Of a stretch of DNA of 64,000 nucleotides, positions 48,364 through 57,879 are shown one piece after another. The position numbers and the translations under genes are program-made. The notes beneath the pieces were generated by a model. It searched no databases, was not told the DNA's origin, and saw only the letters and a list, made by a program, of their open reading frames with translations. The DNA is taken from the IMG/VR virus record IMGVR_UViG_3300022745_000018, positions 1-64,000 of that record; one strand, 5' to 3'. The number at the start of each line of letters is the position of its first letter. Position 1 is the stretch's first letter. The DNA comes from a virus.

Positions 48364-49593
48364 TCAAGCGATCTCGAAAATGTCATGTGCTTCGATTTTA
48401 GGCGAAGCTTTAACGAACTTCTGCGATTCGTTGTTCTGCCAGAAATCGCCGTGGCTAGAATCAACTAATTCACCATCAATGAACTTGATTGCTGCGTCGA
48501 TCATGTCTGCTGCGGTACAAACAGGTACGTTCTGACAGATCATATTGAAGTTCTTTACACCACCCAAGAGTTCGAAGTTCTTGGGCATAGCCATGATGTG
48601 CATAGCTTCTCGGATAGATAGACCGCGATCTTCGAATGGGTGAATTGTATCGCAGACATTTCTACCGACGAGAGCATTCATATGACCATCGAAAACGTGA
48701 ATGCTACCGTCCCAGATTCCTTTGTTCATGCCAAATTTCTTGATAGCGTGTGTCATGAATTTGACACCTTTCTCGTCGCTAACTTCTTCAAACCACTTTA
48801 GTGCAGTTGGCATCAATTCATGCATATGAATGTATTGAAATGCAGTACGCACATTTGCCTCAATGATCGCTTGGCGCCAGTCTGCAATACCCAAAGATTC
48901 GTTAATGAATCTTTTGCATGGTTCATTGATGATTGTTTGATTAACAATCAGATCCTGTTGAAGATCTGTAGGGGAGATCTCTTTCAAGTAATCTGTGAAA
49001 TGTAAATGGTCACGATTGTACCAAGGCAAGATTGGTGCGGTCGGATTCTTCCATGCAAAATAGAATGTACGATGCCGTGCCTGTGGGACACCATGATGAT
49101 TTGTTGATGTCTTGTAGAACGAAGAAGAGTACCCATACTCTTTAGCCGCTGCAATCAATCTAGCAGCGACACCTGCGCCTTTGTTCGTTGCAAGAGCTGG
49201 GGCATTCTCCATGATGAACACTTGACATTTGATTTTACCCAGGGCCTCTCTCAATGAATAGTCCATCCATCTAGTAGATGCAGCCATGGCACCGACAGAA
49301 GCAGATTCTTTCCCAGCTGTATTCAAACCACACAGCGCCGAACATGGCGGTGTTGCTACAACAATATCGGCATATTCGATTGGAGGACCTGAAACGACTT
49401 CACCAGATTCGTCCAGTTTCGTGTACTCAATACCATATGAATTTGTTACATTGGCCCAATTGAGATACTGTTCGTCATTCTTAAAACCATAACCAATGAT
49501 CTGCTTCGGAGGAGTCCCAATTCTACGCTCCGCACCCAAAGGGAATCCGCCGATCAAAGGGATAAGGGCCGTCCATGTTTTTGTTTTACTCAT
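48364..49593 (-). CDS. C5-cytosine DNA methyltransferase-like protein with atypical motif I
   Basis: TPPC (IV), MENAP (VI), PQ.R.R (VIII), R.LSIREA (IX), QNVP (X); motif I reads IPLIGG instead of FxGxG. Confidence 0.8.
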   Translation of the reverse strand: MSKTKTWTALIPLIGGFPLGAERRIGTPPKQIIGYGFKNDEQYLNWANVTNSYGIEYTKLDESGEVVSGPPIEYADIVVATPPCSALCGLNTAGKESASVGAMAASTRWMDYSLREALGKIKCQVFIMENAPALATNKGAGVAARLIAAAKEYGYSSSFYKTSTNHHGVPQARHRTFYFAWKNPTAPILPWYNRDHLHFTDYLKEISPTDLQQDLIVNQTIINEPCKRFINESLGIADWRQAIIEANVRTAFQYIHMHELMPTALKWFEEVSDEKGVKFMTHAIKKFGMNKGIWDGSIHVFDGHMNALVGRNVCDTIHPFEDRGLSIREAMHIMAMPKNFELLGGVKNFNMICQNVPVCTAADMIDAAIKFIDGELVDSSHGDFWQNNESQKFVKASPKIEAHDIFEIA

Positions 49594-49627
49594 CATTAAC
49601 CTATTCAAAGGAATTATTTATGGGCTA

Positions 49628-50869
49628 TTACTGAAAGAATTCGTCAATGGAATTAGACGATTCCTCGATAGAGTATTCTGATAGATCCGGTCTGATGTAA
49701 TTTTCGTCAAGAGCCTTCATGACAGTGTCATTGAGCGTTTCACCGGAATAGTCAGACGGTTTGCAGAAGATTTTCTGTAGGTGATCAATCATCCTAGAAT
49801 ATGAACCAGTTTCTTCAAGTTTTGTGATACCCTTGAAAAGATCTTCAGGCGTCTTTGGTAACAGGATGTCTGGGACAAGAGATCTGATCTCAGGGATATT
49901 TGTTGCATAGTTGGGATGGAAGAATGGAACAACACCTGCATGTATCATCTCAATGTACTTTGATGTAGCCCAGCCATTTGCGATTGAGATAATGAACGTG
50001 TACTTTACATTCAGCATCTTCTTCTGCACTTGTTCTAACTTCAATGCACCTTTGAATCTGGTATCAGCTTCGGCTTTAGGATGTTCCCATCTGCCATAGA
50101 TTTCAACATCATCGACCTTCTTCAGAATCCAATCATTCAGCATATCATATCTGCTAGGATCGCCTTCATTTAGAACGATAGCCATTTGCACACTTCTATC
50201 ACGAGATTTCTCTGGACCACCGCGACCATACAGGAAAACACGTTCAACACCAGAATAGGTCATGTTGATAGTATGACTATCACGAGTCTGATCTTCGTAT
50301 GATCGGATTGTCCGCTTCACATATGATCCATTGAACTGAGAGAGTGAACGAATTGGGTTAGGGATGATATCTCTTGACTGAGCCAATGTATAGCGAGGGT
50401 CATTGATGATTTCAATCGCTGGACATTTACTGTCGTTCCACCATTCAGAAATTGGTGTAGTATAACCCAATGTCATATCGATGATAGTCGTCATCTGACT
50501 CGGATCTTTGATCTGTTGGATTCTGTTGGGGATAGAGACGTTACCGACTTGGCCAACCATCCAGACACAATGGTCAATCTCTACGCTCAATTCAACCAAA
50601 CGATTCTTCACATAGTCGCGTTCAGATTTGATCTTTGACTTGGAATGGAGGTCAATGACATTATTGTAGGGAAATCTTGATAGACGTTCGTGTTCCGTCA
50701 TTTTGGAGAAATCAGAACGGCCAATCAGATAGAACTTCTTATCTGGGTTATGATTCGCCAAAAGTTGAATCATCGCTGGCCCTTCATTGTCACCACCGAT
50801 CGGACTGAACGGCGTAACAAACTTCAATGACTTACCAATCTTAGCAAAACCAATGTGCTTCATTATCAA
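49628..50869 (-). CDS. putative GT-B glycosyltransferase (DNA modification)
   Basis: N-terminal GGDNE loop, IYGRW and TSKYIEM..AGVVPFF C-terminal pattern; located in the hmC cluster. Confidence 0.6.
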   Translation of the reverse strand: MIMKHIGFAKIGKSLKFVTPFSPIGGDNEGPAMIQLLANHNPDKKFYLIGRSDFSKMTEHERLSRFPYNNVIDLHSKSKIKSERDYVKNRLVELSVEIDHCVWMVGQVGNVSIPNRIQQIKDPSQMTTIIDMTLGYTTPISEWWNDSKCPAIEIINDPRYTLAQSRDIIPNPIRSLSQFNGSYVKRTIRSYEDQTRDSHTINMTYSGVERVFLYGRGGPEKSRDRSVQMAIVLNEGDPSRYDMLNDWILKKVDDVEIYGRWEHPKAEADTRFKGALKLEQVQKKMLNVKYTFIISIANGWATSKYIEMIHAGVVPFFHPNYATNIPEIRSLVPDILLPKTPEDLFKGITKLEETGSYSRMIDHLQKIFCKPSDYSGETLNDTVMKALDENYIRPDLSEYSIEESSNSIDEFFQ

Positions 50870-51936
50870 AAACCTTTTCTATATTCACAAACCTTGGACC
50901 TTAGATCATCAACGATTTCCAATCGTCTTGATTCTGTCGTACCAAAGTCAAAATTCTTCAGATACAGTGAAGAAAGATTTATCCCGAAAGATTTCTCTAC
51001 ATTTTCGCAGATCACATCGTCATGCAATAGAGGCAAACAACCCGCATGGAGTGATTCGATTAGCCGGTAAATAGAGAATTGTGTTGCATCGTACGCTGGC
51101 ACAACCAGGGTGTATCTAGACCTCCCTATTAACTGTAGATACTGTTCTCTACCAATGAATGACGACGGTTCATCTGAAAACTTATCATGGAGAAACAGTT
51201 TCGCGTTCTTGAAATGTCTGGCGGCCTCTTTAGCCTTCTCAATCTGTTTAGAACGGACTTGAGTCAGAGCAGTCATCCCGAATGTAAAGTCAATGTCTTT
51301 CTTTGGAGCACCGAAGATGTTCTGATCTTGATACATCTCCAAGAAGTATTGCATCGAATCTAAACGCTCAAATGATCTACTCTCATCCGTATAACCATGA
51401 AACAGTTTGTAGTTGTCAATTGGGCGGTACTTCAGATTGATAGCGTTCAACGAAACTTCCTGAGGGTCGTAGATGACTTCGTACAATGGAATACCAAGTT
51501 CACGATTGGCTTTCAACATCGCTAAGACATGAAATATCGTGGAACCAACACTCAAGAAATTGATTTGGCCACGATCTTCAGGAAATTTCATTAGCCTCTT
51601 TGAACCATACTGCAAATATGATTTCTCGGATAGAATGCCACCGAAGATCACCAGTTTCTTGTATTTAGCCAATGGAGTCAAGTCAATTGAATTATATGCC
51701 TCAACCCAATCAGACATCTTGAACACTTTTGTGTGATAGAACTCATGATAGGGCATCACTACTTCATTGATCTGCAAACCAGAAACATCCATGATGTACT
51801 TTGAAACCTTTGTGGTTTTCTGATTAAGCATGATATCGCAAACGCCCAGTGTCTCTGACACCAAGAACTGCTGGATCAGACTCGTGACGAACTTACTAGT
51901 CAAGCCACGAGTTGAATACAAAAGGACATTACCCAT
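50866..51936 (-). CDS. putative GT-B glycosyltransferase (beta-glucosyltransferase-like)
   Basis: IDFTFG, SRYTLVVP.YD...FSIYR..ES...GCLP pattern; cluster context. Confidence 0.6.
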   Translation of the reverse strand: MGNVLLYSTRGLTSKFVTSLIQQFLVSETLGVCDIMLNQKTTKVSKYIMDVSGLQINEVVMPYHEFYHTKVFKMSDWVEAYNSIDLTPLAKYKKLVIFGGILSEKSYLQYGSKRLMKFPEDRGQINFLSVGSTIFHVLAMLKANRELGIPLYEVIYDPQEVSLNAINLKYRPIDNYKLFHGYTDESRSFERLDSMQYFLEMYQDQNIFGAPKKDIDFTFGMTALTQVRSKQIEKAKEAARHFKNAKLFLHDKFSDEPSSFIGREQYLQLIGRSRYTLVVPAYDATQFSIYRLIESLHAGCLPLLHDDVICENVEKSFGINLSSLYLKNFDFGTTESRRLEIVDDLRSKVCEYRKGF

Positions 51937-52017
51937 TGTATGAGTAACCTCTCATGTAGCGATGATATTCGCCGCCATAGACTACTGAATTGAATTCAAT
52001 GCTGAATGTATAAGAGA

Positions 52018-52500
52018 TCATGCTGTACCTTTCGTTTGTACTCGATTTGATTCTGCTGCGGCGACTCGTGATCTCAAATCTGTTGTTGAGAATGAGTGTC
52101 GCCGTTTATTGTAATGGATAGGGCATAGACCAATTCCTGTATGATCTGTGCCTTTGTATTCTTCACCAACGATTCTGATATCGGGTTGGAGTGTCAGAAT
52201 GATATCAACGATTTCTTGTTCCGTGGTGAATGGGATGACTTCGTCGACATACTTACAAGCGGCAATTTGAACATATCGTTCAAACGCAGACTGCACTGGT
52301 CTGTTCTTTGTCTCTTGTCTATCCAATGTGGGATCTATCAGAAGACCGACTACCAAGTAATCGCACAGCGTCTTTGCTTCTTGTAACATCACGACATGAC
52401 CTGCGTGAAACAGATCAAAGGTCGAGCATGTAAAACCTACACGAATGTCGTTGATATCTTTCCCAAGTTTCTTCGCTAGTTCAACCTTGTTGAAAAACAT
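52018..52500 (-). CDS. TagD-like cytidylyltransferase
   Basis: STFDLFHAGH (HxGH), YVDEVIP, R.HSFSTT motifs. Confidence 0.85.
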   Translation of the reverse strand: MFFNKVELAKKLGKDINDIRVGFTCSTFDLFHAGHVVMLQEAKTLCDYLVVGLLIDPTLDRQETKNRPVQSAFERYVQIAACKYVDEVIPFTTEQEIVDIILTLQPDIRIVGEEYKGTDHTGIGLCPIHYNKRRHSFSTTDLRSRVAAAESNRVQTKGTA

Positions 52501-53512
52501 TCTCAATGCACTTTCTAATATGTTCTTTATTTGGGTGATATTTGTAGACACGAGTGATCTCGGCACAAACCAAAACTATCATCGTTGAATGATATAGGTT
52601 ATTGAATGCAACCAATGACCGAAGAGATGTATCTATCATTTTCTGTGGGTATTCATTGATGTACAGAGAAGCAATGAACTTCGCTATATCCAATTCAGTG
52701 GAACCATAGACACTAGTGATAGGATCAATGAGATGCAGCTTCCCATCACCGAACAGCATATTAGTGATACCGAAATCACCATGAGCAAATGTTCTGACTG
52801 GTGGCTTGATCAATTCAAGCTTACTTGCATTATCAATTGCCGCTTGAACACCAGAATTCTTAGCATGGTCTTTGATTCTATCGATGTACGATGAGAAGGT
52901 CAGTCCACCGTCCATGAATGGAATCGCGGACATCTTTGCTAAAGCATCCTGAATCAACCCAAGAGCAATGAATGTATTGTTTCTGAAGAAGTCCACATCA
53001 TGATCAATGTATCTCATTGTGATTGTATCACCAACGATTCTATCTACACAAGGCACATTGAGCGAATAGCAGGCAGTCTTATACCATTCCTTGGTTTGAT
53101 GTGCATTCTTGTCTTGCTTATGGACCATAGCACCATCGGTATAGATATCCGAGCCAGATAGACCACCATGCAACTGACGAATGTCTTGCATAATGAATTC
53201 TTCTGGACTCATTCCTTTATCATCGATGTAGTATGCCGCTAAAGGTTTCTCGAATGAGATTGAATGATACTTGACACCGTGCTTCTCAAGCCAAGTCTTC
53301 ATGCCGCGTTCATACTTCAATCGAGCCTGAGCACGAGTCTGGCATGAAATCGAACCTCTAGCAGTAAAAATGTCGATTTGCCAACCATTATCAAACAGCC
53401 CATTTGTTTTCGTGATCAGTGATCTGTTTGGTACAGCATCATCCCAATTTCTACCTTCAGCGAACGCTAAGGTATCATCAAAGTCTAAAATGATTCGTTT
53501 GTGATAGTTCAT
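52481..53512 (-). CDS. HAD phosphatase fused to an APH/choline-kinase-like phosphotransferase
   Basis: LDFDDTL, FTARG, KP...YIDDK (HAD); HGDF...N.L and LIDP (kinase). Confidence 0.8.
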   Translation of the reverse strand: MNYHKRIILDFDDTLAFAEGRNWDDAVPNRSLITKTNGLFDNGWQIDIFTARGSISCQTRAQARLKYERGMKTWLEKHGVKYHSISFEKPLAAYYIDDKGMSPEEFIMQDIRQLHGGLSGSDIYTDGAMVHKQDKNAHQTKEWYKTACYSLNVPCVDRIVGDTITMRYIDHDVDFFRNNTFIALGLIQDALAKMSAIPFMDGGLTFSSYIDRIKDHAKNSGVQAAIDNASKLELIKPPVRTFAHGDFGITNMLFGDGKLHLIDPITSVYGSTELDIAKFIASLYINEYPQKMIDTSLRSLVAFNNLYHSTMIVLVCAEITRVYKYHPNKEHIRKCIENVFQQG

Positions 53513-54193
53513 TTACTTCGCCAAGTTAAAGTCACAGACTAAACCAAAATGACGCTCATATACATGTAAGCTCGCTGCATTCCAGATGATCTCACCGGGT
53601 TCGATACTCAAACTTTCGGCTAGCATCCTATGAATTTTGTTTTGCCATGCAAAATCACCTTTGTATCCGAAGACGGCGTCGTTCGATCGCATGTAGACCA
53701 AACTAACCAATTTCCCATCACGAATCATGTGTTGTGTTGAATACGTACACATGAAATCTGACATACCATCTTTGTCGAAGTCGAATTGCATCGACGGGCG
53801 ATTGTAAATCATACAAGCACGGCGAGAAGTCGGATCTCTCCGAAGAGTTTCTAAGCAACTCAAATACTGAAAACTGTTCTGGGCTGACCAAATACACCAC
53901 CCATAGTTTGAATTGATTCCACCATCCTCGGATGCAACCGATTTCCAGATCTGGGGAATGGGTGGTGGGATGTCATTAACATTTAGAGATAGAGATTTGT
54001 ACCATTCAAACTCACGACGGTTCCAATCCTCGTTCACTGCACCGAAAATAGTTGGCTCGTCTGCAACAAACGAAGCGCCAACAATCTCAATCGTTTTGAC
54101 ACCAGTCTTGTCTTCAACGAATTCCTTTTTCTCTAAGAGTTCGATTAACTGATTCCTGATTTCGAATGTGTGAGGTAAAGTTTTACTGATCAT
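53513..54193 (-). CDS. 42: dCMP hydroxymethylase (T4 gp42-like, thymidylate synthase fold)
   Basis: INSNYGW, SRRA.MIY.RPSM, DFMCT, MRSND.VFG...D.AW, SLHVYERHF. Confidence 0.88.
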   Translation of the reverse strand: MISKTLPHTFEIRNQLIELLEKKEFVEDKTGVKTIEIVGASFVADEPTIFGAVNEDWNRREFEWYKSLSLNVNDIPPPIPQIWKSVASEDGGINSNYGWCIWSAQNSFQYLSCLETLRRDPTSRRACMIYNRPSMQFDFDKDGMSDFMCTYSTQHMIRDGKLVSLVYMRSNDAVFGYKGDFAWQNKIHRMLAESLSIEPGEIIWNAASLHVYERHFGLVCDFNLAK

Positions 54194-54756
54194 AGTCCAA
54201 TGAATCCTTTGACTTGTGGTAGCAGATTCGCGAAACCAATCTGCGATACATTGTATTTAGCCTTTTTCTCAATTGTACTGAGATCGAACTGCTTTGTAAA
54301 ATTTTCAAGAGTCTCTGTCATCTGCTTCGGATCTGTTTCCAAACTCATACCATCATCACGAGCCATGATTGACTCAACCGAATCTGTTACGAGAATTAGA
54401 TAGACATCAGCGAGTCTGAAAATGTCTTTGTTGTAACCGCTGAAGATCTTTTCTTCAATCGAGGCTGATGTAACCGTGTTCGAATAGTTTCTATATCGCT
54501 GACCGTAAACAGGAACACCGATGTGGAATCTATCTGAAATGAAATTGAATGCAGCATCTTCATGAGCTAACGTTGTGTACGCGGTCACGATCGCTCCATA
54601 ATGGGAAATCTCCCATGCTAACGGATCATCGCATTTGGGTGGAGAACTGGAATGATTACAGAAAACATATGGCCCCAACTCATGGGCTAGATTTGCCGTC
54701 AGTGTGGATTTACCGCAGCGGTCTGGGCCCTCGATGATAACAAACTTCGGTTTCAT
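54190..54756 (-). CDS. thymidylate-kinase-like dNMP kinase
   Basis: IIEGPDRCGKST P-loop and DR motif. Confidence 0.8.
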   Translation of the reverse strand: MKPKFVIIEGPDRCGKSTLTANLAHELGPYVFCNHSSSPPKCDDPLAWEISHYGAIVTAYTTLAHEDAAFNFISDRFHIGVPVYGQRYRNYSNTVTSASIEEKIFSGYNKDIFRLADVYLILVTDSVESIMARDDGMSLETDPKQMTETLENFTKQFDLSTIEKKAKYNVSQIGFANLLPQVKGFIGL

Positions 54757-55337
54757 TTTTTAAGTACTTTCTGCATATACTGTGCTTGGTAAATTGCATC
54801 GTCTAAAGCATTGTGATGGACGCCATCACGAGGATGTTCAATCTTAAACAATTCCTTGAATGTCCTAAAGCAGCGGGAATGACTCCATTTCCATGGAGGG
54901 GAGTTTCCTTCAACGGCATCAAAAACATTCTCCAAGATCACGGTATCAGAATGACTACGCTTTGTTGAAGTAGAGTTTCCTTCAACAGTATCGAAAACGT
55001 TCTCTAGGATCACGATGTCGAAATCAACACCGCATGACCATGTTGGATATGATTTAGGGCCGTACCATTCTCTGAATTTAGTCAAGCCATCTTCGATCTG
55101 AACTCTATTGTTCTTGGTGGCCTCCCAAGCAGCTTGCTTCTGTTCTTTCCACCAATCAACCGTAGACTTTGAAATGTGGAGGCCATATTCCGTCGACTGT
55201 GAACGATAATCCAAATTGATGTAGAACTTATCTACAATCTCTGTATCGTTGAACTTGACGGCCCCAATCGAAATGATGGCTGCGGTCTTTTTGGAAGACA
55301 GTGTCTCCAAGTCAATCATTACATTTACATCACTCAC
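54753..55337 (-). CDS. DEDDh 3'-5' exonuclease (DexA-like)
   Basis: MIDLETL, FD..IL, HNALDDA..QA. Confidence 0.85.
   Translation of the reverse strand: MSDVNVMIDLETLSSKKTAAIISIGAVKFNDTEIVDKFYINLDYRSQSTEYGLHISKSTVDWWKEQKQAAWEATKNNRVQIEDGLTKFREWYGPKSYPTWSCGVDFDIVILENVFDTVEGNSTSTKRSHSDTVILENVFDAVEGNSPPWKWSHSRCFRTFKELFKIEHPRDGVHHNALDDAIYQAQYMQKVLKK
54876..55019 (-). repeat. in-frame 72-bp tandem duplication inside the exonuclease
   Basis: DIVILENVFDTVEGNSTSTKRSHS / DTVILENVFDAVEGNSPPWKWSHS. Confidence 0.85.
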
Positions 55338-55618
55338 GATTCATCCCTTGATTGTTCGCTACGAAGCGCACCGCGTTTTGCAGTGTGATTTTTACGGTCC
55401 TCTTTTACCATCTCTAAATACCGCAAGCAAGAATCTGCCGCTTCTTTAACATCTTTTTCTGTATCTTTTGCTCCACGGCCGCCAGCAACAAGCAATTTCT
55501 TAATTGCGTGAGCGATGCATGGATCTGTCACGTCATATAAACGTAAGATCCTATAGATATCCACATGGTCATAATGAGTGACATCCTTGAAATAATGACT
55601 ATGTTGTTTCTCAGTCAT
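55334..55618 (-). CDS. DUF3310-like small phage protein
   Basis: HY...DIY...HAIKKLL.AG.RG.KD...D..EA pattern. Confidence 0.6.
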   Translation of the reverse strand: MTEKQHSHYFKDVTHYDHVDIYRILRLYDVTDPCIAHAIKKLLVAGGRGAKDTEKDVKEAADSCLRYLEMVKEDRKNHTAKRGALRSEQSRDES

Positions 55619-55641
55619 ACTAATCCTTTCACAATCAGATT

Positions 55642-55670
55642 ATCATATCAAACACCATCACTGATGTAAA
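55642..55670 (-). promoter_or_regulatory. leftward promoter TTTACA-N17-TATGAT for the modification cluster
   Basis: Recurring motif at the head of the operon. Confidence 0.7.
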
Positions 55671-55785
55671 ATTTTCTTGATTATCCTCAGTTTTGATATG
55701 TAAAGTTTTGTAAACACTGTGTGCAAAACTCACAAAGCAAATCTGGATATGGCATCCAGAGAGATTTTTCGCTCGCTAAAAAAAT

Positions 55786-55814
55786 TTTACATTTCCTGAA
55801 GCACTCGTTATAAT
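55786..55814 (+). promoter_or_regulatory. rightward promoter TTTACA-N17-TATAAT
   Basis: Near-consensus sigma70 promoter with an A-tract upstream; no ORF follows for 400 bp. Confidence 0.8.
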
Positions 55815-55819
55815 ATTCA

Positions 55820-56150
55820 TATAGAAGCCCTAAAAGTGATCTACTTTTTCGCTGCGCTCAAAGAGATCGTGTTCTAAATCTATGAGACTTGAATGATATC
55901 TAGAACTGTATAGATGAAATATTGCATGTGTAACATGCCGGTGGCTAGCCACCGTCTCATCCATTACGATAATCTGGATCTGTAATAGAGAATTCTACTA
56001 GATATCTCTAGATCGGAGAATCCAGAACGTAAGTTCAAGAATCCTCAATGAACCGCTTCGCGGTGCAGTGTTTAAACACTGCACTCTTCATTTCTATCTG
56101 TCGATTAGGAATCTATCGTTCCATCTATACAGACATCAATCCAGGGCTTT
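55820..56150 (+). ncRNA. candidate structured ncRNA (or origin transcript)
   Basis: Nested long-range complementarity 55824-30/56143-49 and 55906-16/56122-32, internal palindromes, dedicated promoter. Confidence 0.4.
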
Positions 56151-56179
56151 AGATGCATCCTGGACAATCTTTAGAAAAT

Positions 56180-56208
56180 TTTACAGAAACATATAGTCAG
56201 ATTACTAT
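56180..56208 (+). promoter_or_regulatory. promoter TTTACA-N17-TACTAT, probably giving leaderless helicase mRNA
   Basis: ATG at 56215 starts 6 nt after the -10 box. Confidence 0.65.
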
Positions 56209-56214
56209 AACTGA

Positions 56215-57879
56215 ATGAACAGAACTAACCAAATCAACGAAGCCTTCAAGAAACTTCGTTTCGAACCAAGAAACAACCAAGTCGATATCGTCAACAGAAT
56301 CATCCATGAATTTGTAGATCAGAATAAACGAAACGTGATTCTATGTGCAGATACTGGAATCGGTAAGTCAATTATTGCAGCAGTTACTGCAGAAGTTCTA
56401 TCAACAGAGATTCCTTCTGATGCCAAGAAGGGTATTTATGTCAGTTCGACGAACTCGTTGGTTGATCAGTATGCGAATACGTTCAAGGATGAGCCGATAA
56501 GTGATTGGCATCGTATCAAAGGTGCTTCCAATTATCCATGTGTCTACTTCAGAGAAAAAGGAAATCTGCAGTCAACTGGTGAAGACTGCGTCATTAAAGA
56601 CATTACAGAACAAGAACGTCAGAAGTTCTGCAGTAACTGTACTTATAAGTCAGCGAAAGCAGCGATCTATACGACACAGAACCTCATCACCAATTATTCA
56701 TACTTCATGGTGGGAAACGTCACAACGCATCATTTGCGCAACACAGCTCGTAGATTACACGTCTTCGACGAAGCTCATTTGCTAAACGATCAGTTCTGCG
56801 AACAGTTCTCCATTCACATTTCAGTCGAAACTCTGAACCGTTACATCGCCGAACTGAAAAATCAGAACGGTAAAATGAATTCTTATGCAGATACTCTAAC
56901 AGAAATGAGAGATCGTATTGCTGCGAAGCAGATCAAAGAAACTAACTATGTGAAGTTTATTTCGGAACTTCGAGATCAGTTCATCGGAATACATTCGAAA
57001 ATGATGTGGTTATCTTCCATGATTCCGGATTTGATGGTACGAAAGAAGATGCAGAAAGCAGCATCCAAGTACGATAAGATGGGGTGTAGGATGAAAGCGT
57101 TCTTCAATCCAGGATATGAACATGTGTTTGAAGATAAGAATCCTAACGAAATCACCATCAAACCAATCTTCGTATCTGATTCCATCTCAGATCTTTTGGG
57201 AGAAAAGAATCTCTTCATGACCGCGACGATGTCGATGGCCTATGCCAAGGATACGATGTCTCTACCAGCGAAGGACACGGCTTACATCGATGCAGGTACT
57301 GTATTTTCTCCACAGAATAGACCATTGTTCTTTTTGGGTAAGCGGAATCTGAATTACACGACGATGCAGAATGAAGATACTTTCACGCGATTGAGCGAAC
57401 TGACGAATGCGATCATCTCTCATCATAAAAATGAGAAAGGCATCATGCTGACTCCGTCGTTCTCAGCGACCGAGAAGCTGTGTAGGAATCTGAAAGGGAC
57501 GAAGGTGTTCGAACACAAGTCAGGCACGAAAGTATCCGAGATCATTGATCAGTTCAAATCATATAAGGGTTCAGCGATTCTCATTAGCCCTAGCATCTTT
57601 GAAGGCCTTGATTTCAAAGATGACCATTCGAGGTATCAGATTATCATGAAGACGCCATACCCAAGTCTTGGTGATAAACGGATGAAATACATCTGTGATG
57701 TCTACGGTCATGTCTATAGAGAAATCGGTTTGTATAAGATCATCCAAGGTGTAGGAAGATCAATTCGTTCAGAAACAGACACAGCAACTACATACTTTTT
57801 AGACAAATCGTCCCAGACACTGTTCGAATCAGATCAGAATCTGTGGGCCGATAGATTCGATGTCAAGGTGACCGCATGA
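56215..57879 (+). CDS. DinG/XPD-family SF2 helicase
   Basis: TGIGKS, four Cys suggesting an Fe-S site, DEAH, EGLDF, Q..GRSIR. Confidence 0.88.
   Translation: MNRTNQINEAFKKLRFEPRNNQVDIVNRIIHEFVDQNKRNVILCADTGIGKSIIAAVTAEVLSTEIPSDAKKGIYVSSTNSLVDQYANTFKDEPISDWHRIKGASNYPCVYFREKGNLQSTGEDCVIKDITEQERQKFCSNCTYKSAKAAIYTTQNLITNYSYFMVGNVTTHHLRNTARRLHVFDEAHLLNDQFCEQFSIHISVETLNRYIAELKNQNGKMNSYADTLTEMRDRIAAKQIKETNYVKFISELRDQFIGIHSKMMWLSSMIPDLMVRKKMQKAASKYDKMGCRMKAFFNPGYEHVFEDKNPNEITIKPIFVSDSISDLLGEKNLFMTATMSMAYAKDTMSLPAKDTAYIDAGTVFSPQNRPLFFLGKRNLNYTTMQNEDTFTRLSELTNAIISHHKNEKGIMLTPSFSATEKLCRNLKGTKVFEHKSGTKVSEIIDQFKSYKGSAILISPSIFEGLDFKDDHSRYQIIMKTPYPSLGDKRMKYICDVYGHVYREIGLYKIIQGVGRSIRSETDTATTYFLDKSSQTLFESDQNLWADRFDVKVTA

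Noticed and set aside
51935-51960. Fifth copy of the ACTACATG promoter (GCTACATG-N12-TACAAT)
   Set aside because: The box is mismatched, the spacer is 12 bp and the -10 overlaps the start codon of the next gene.
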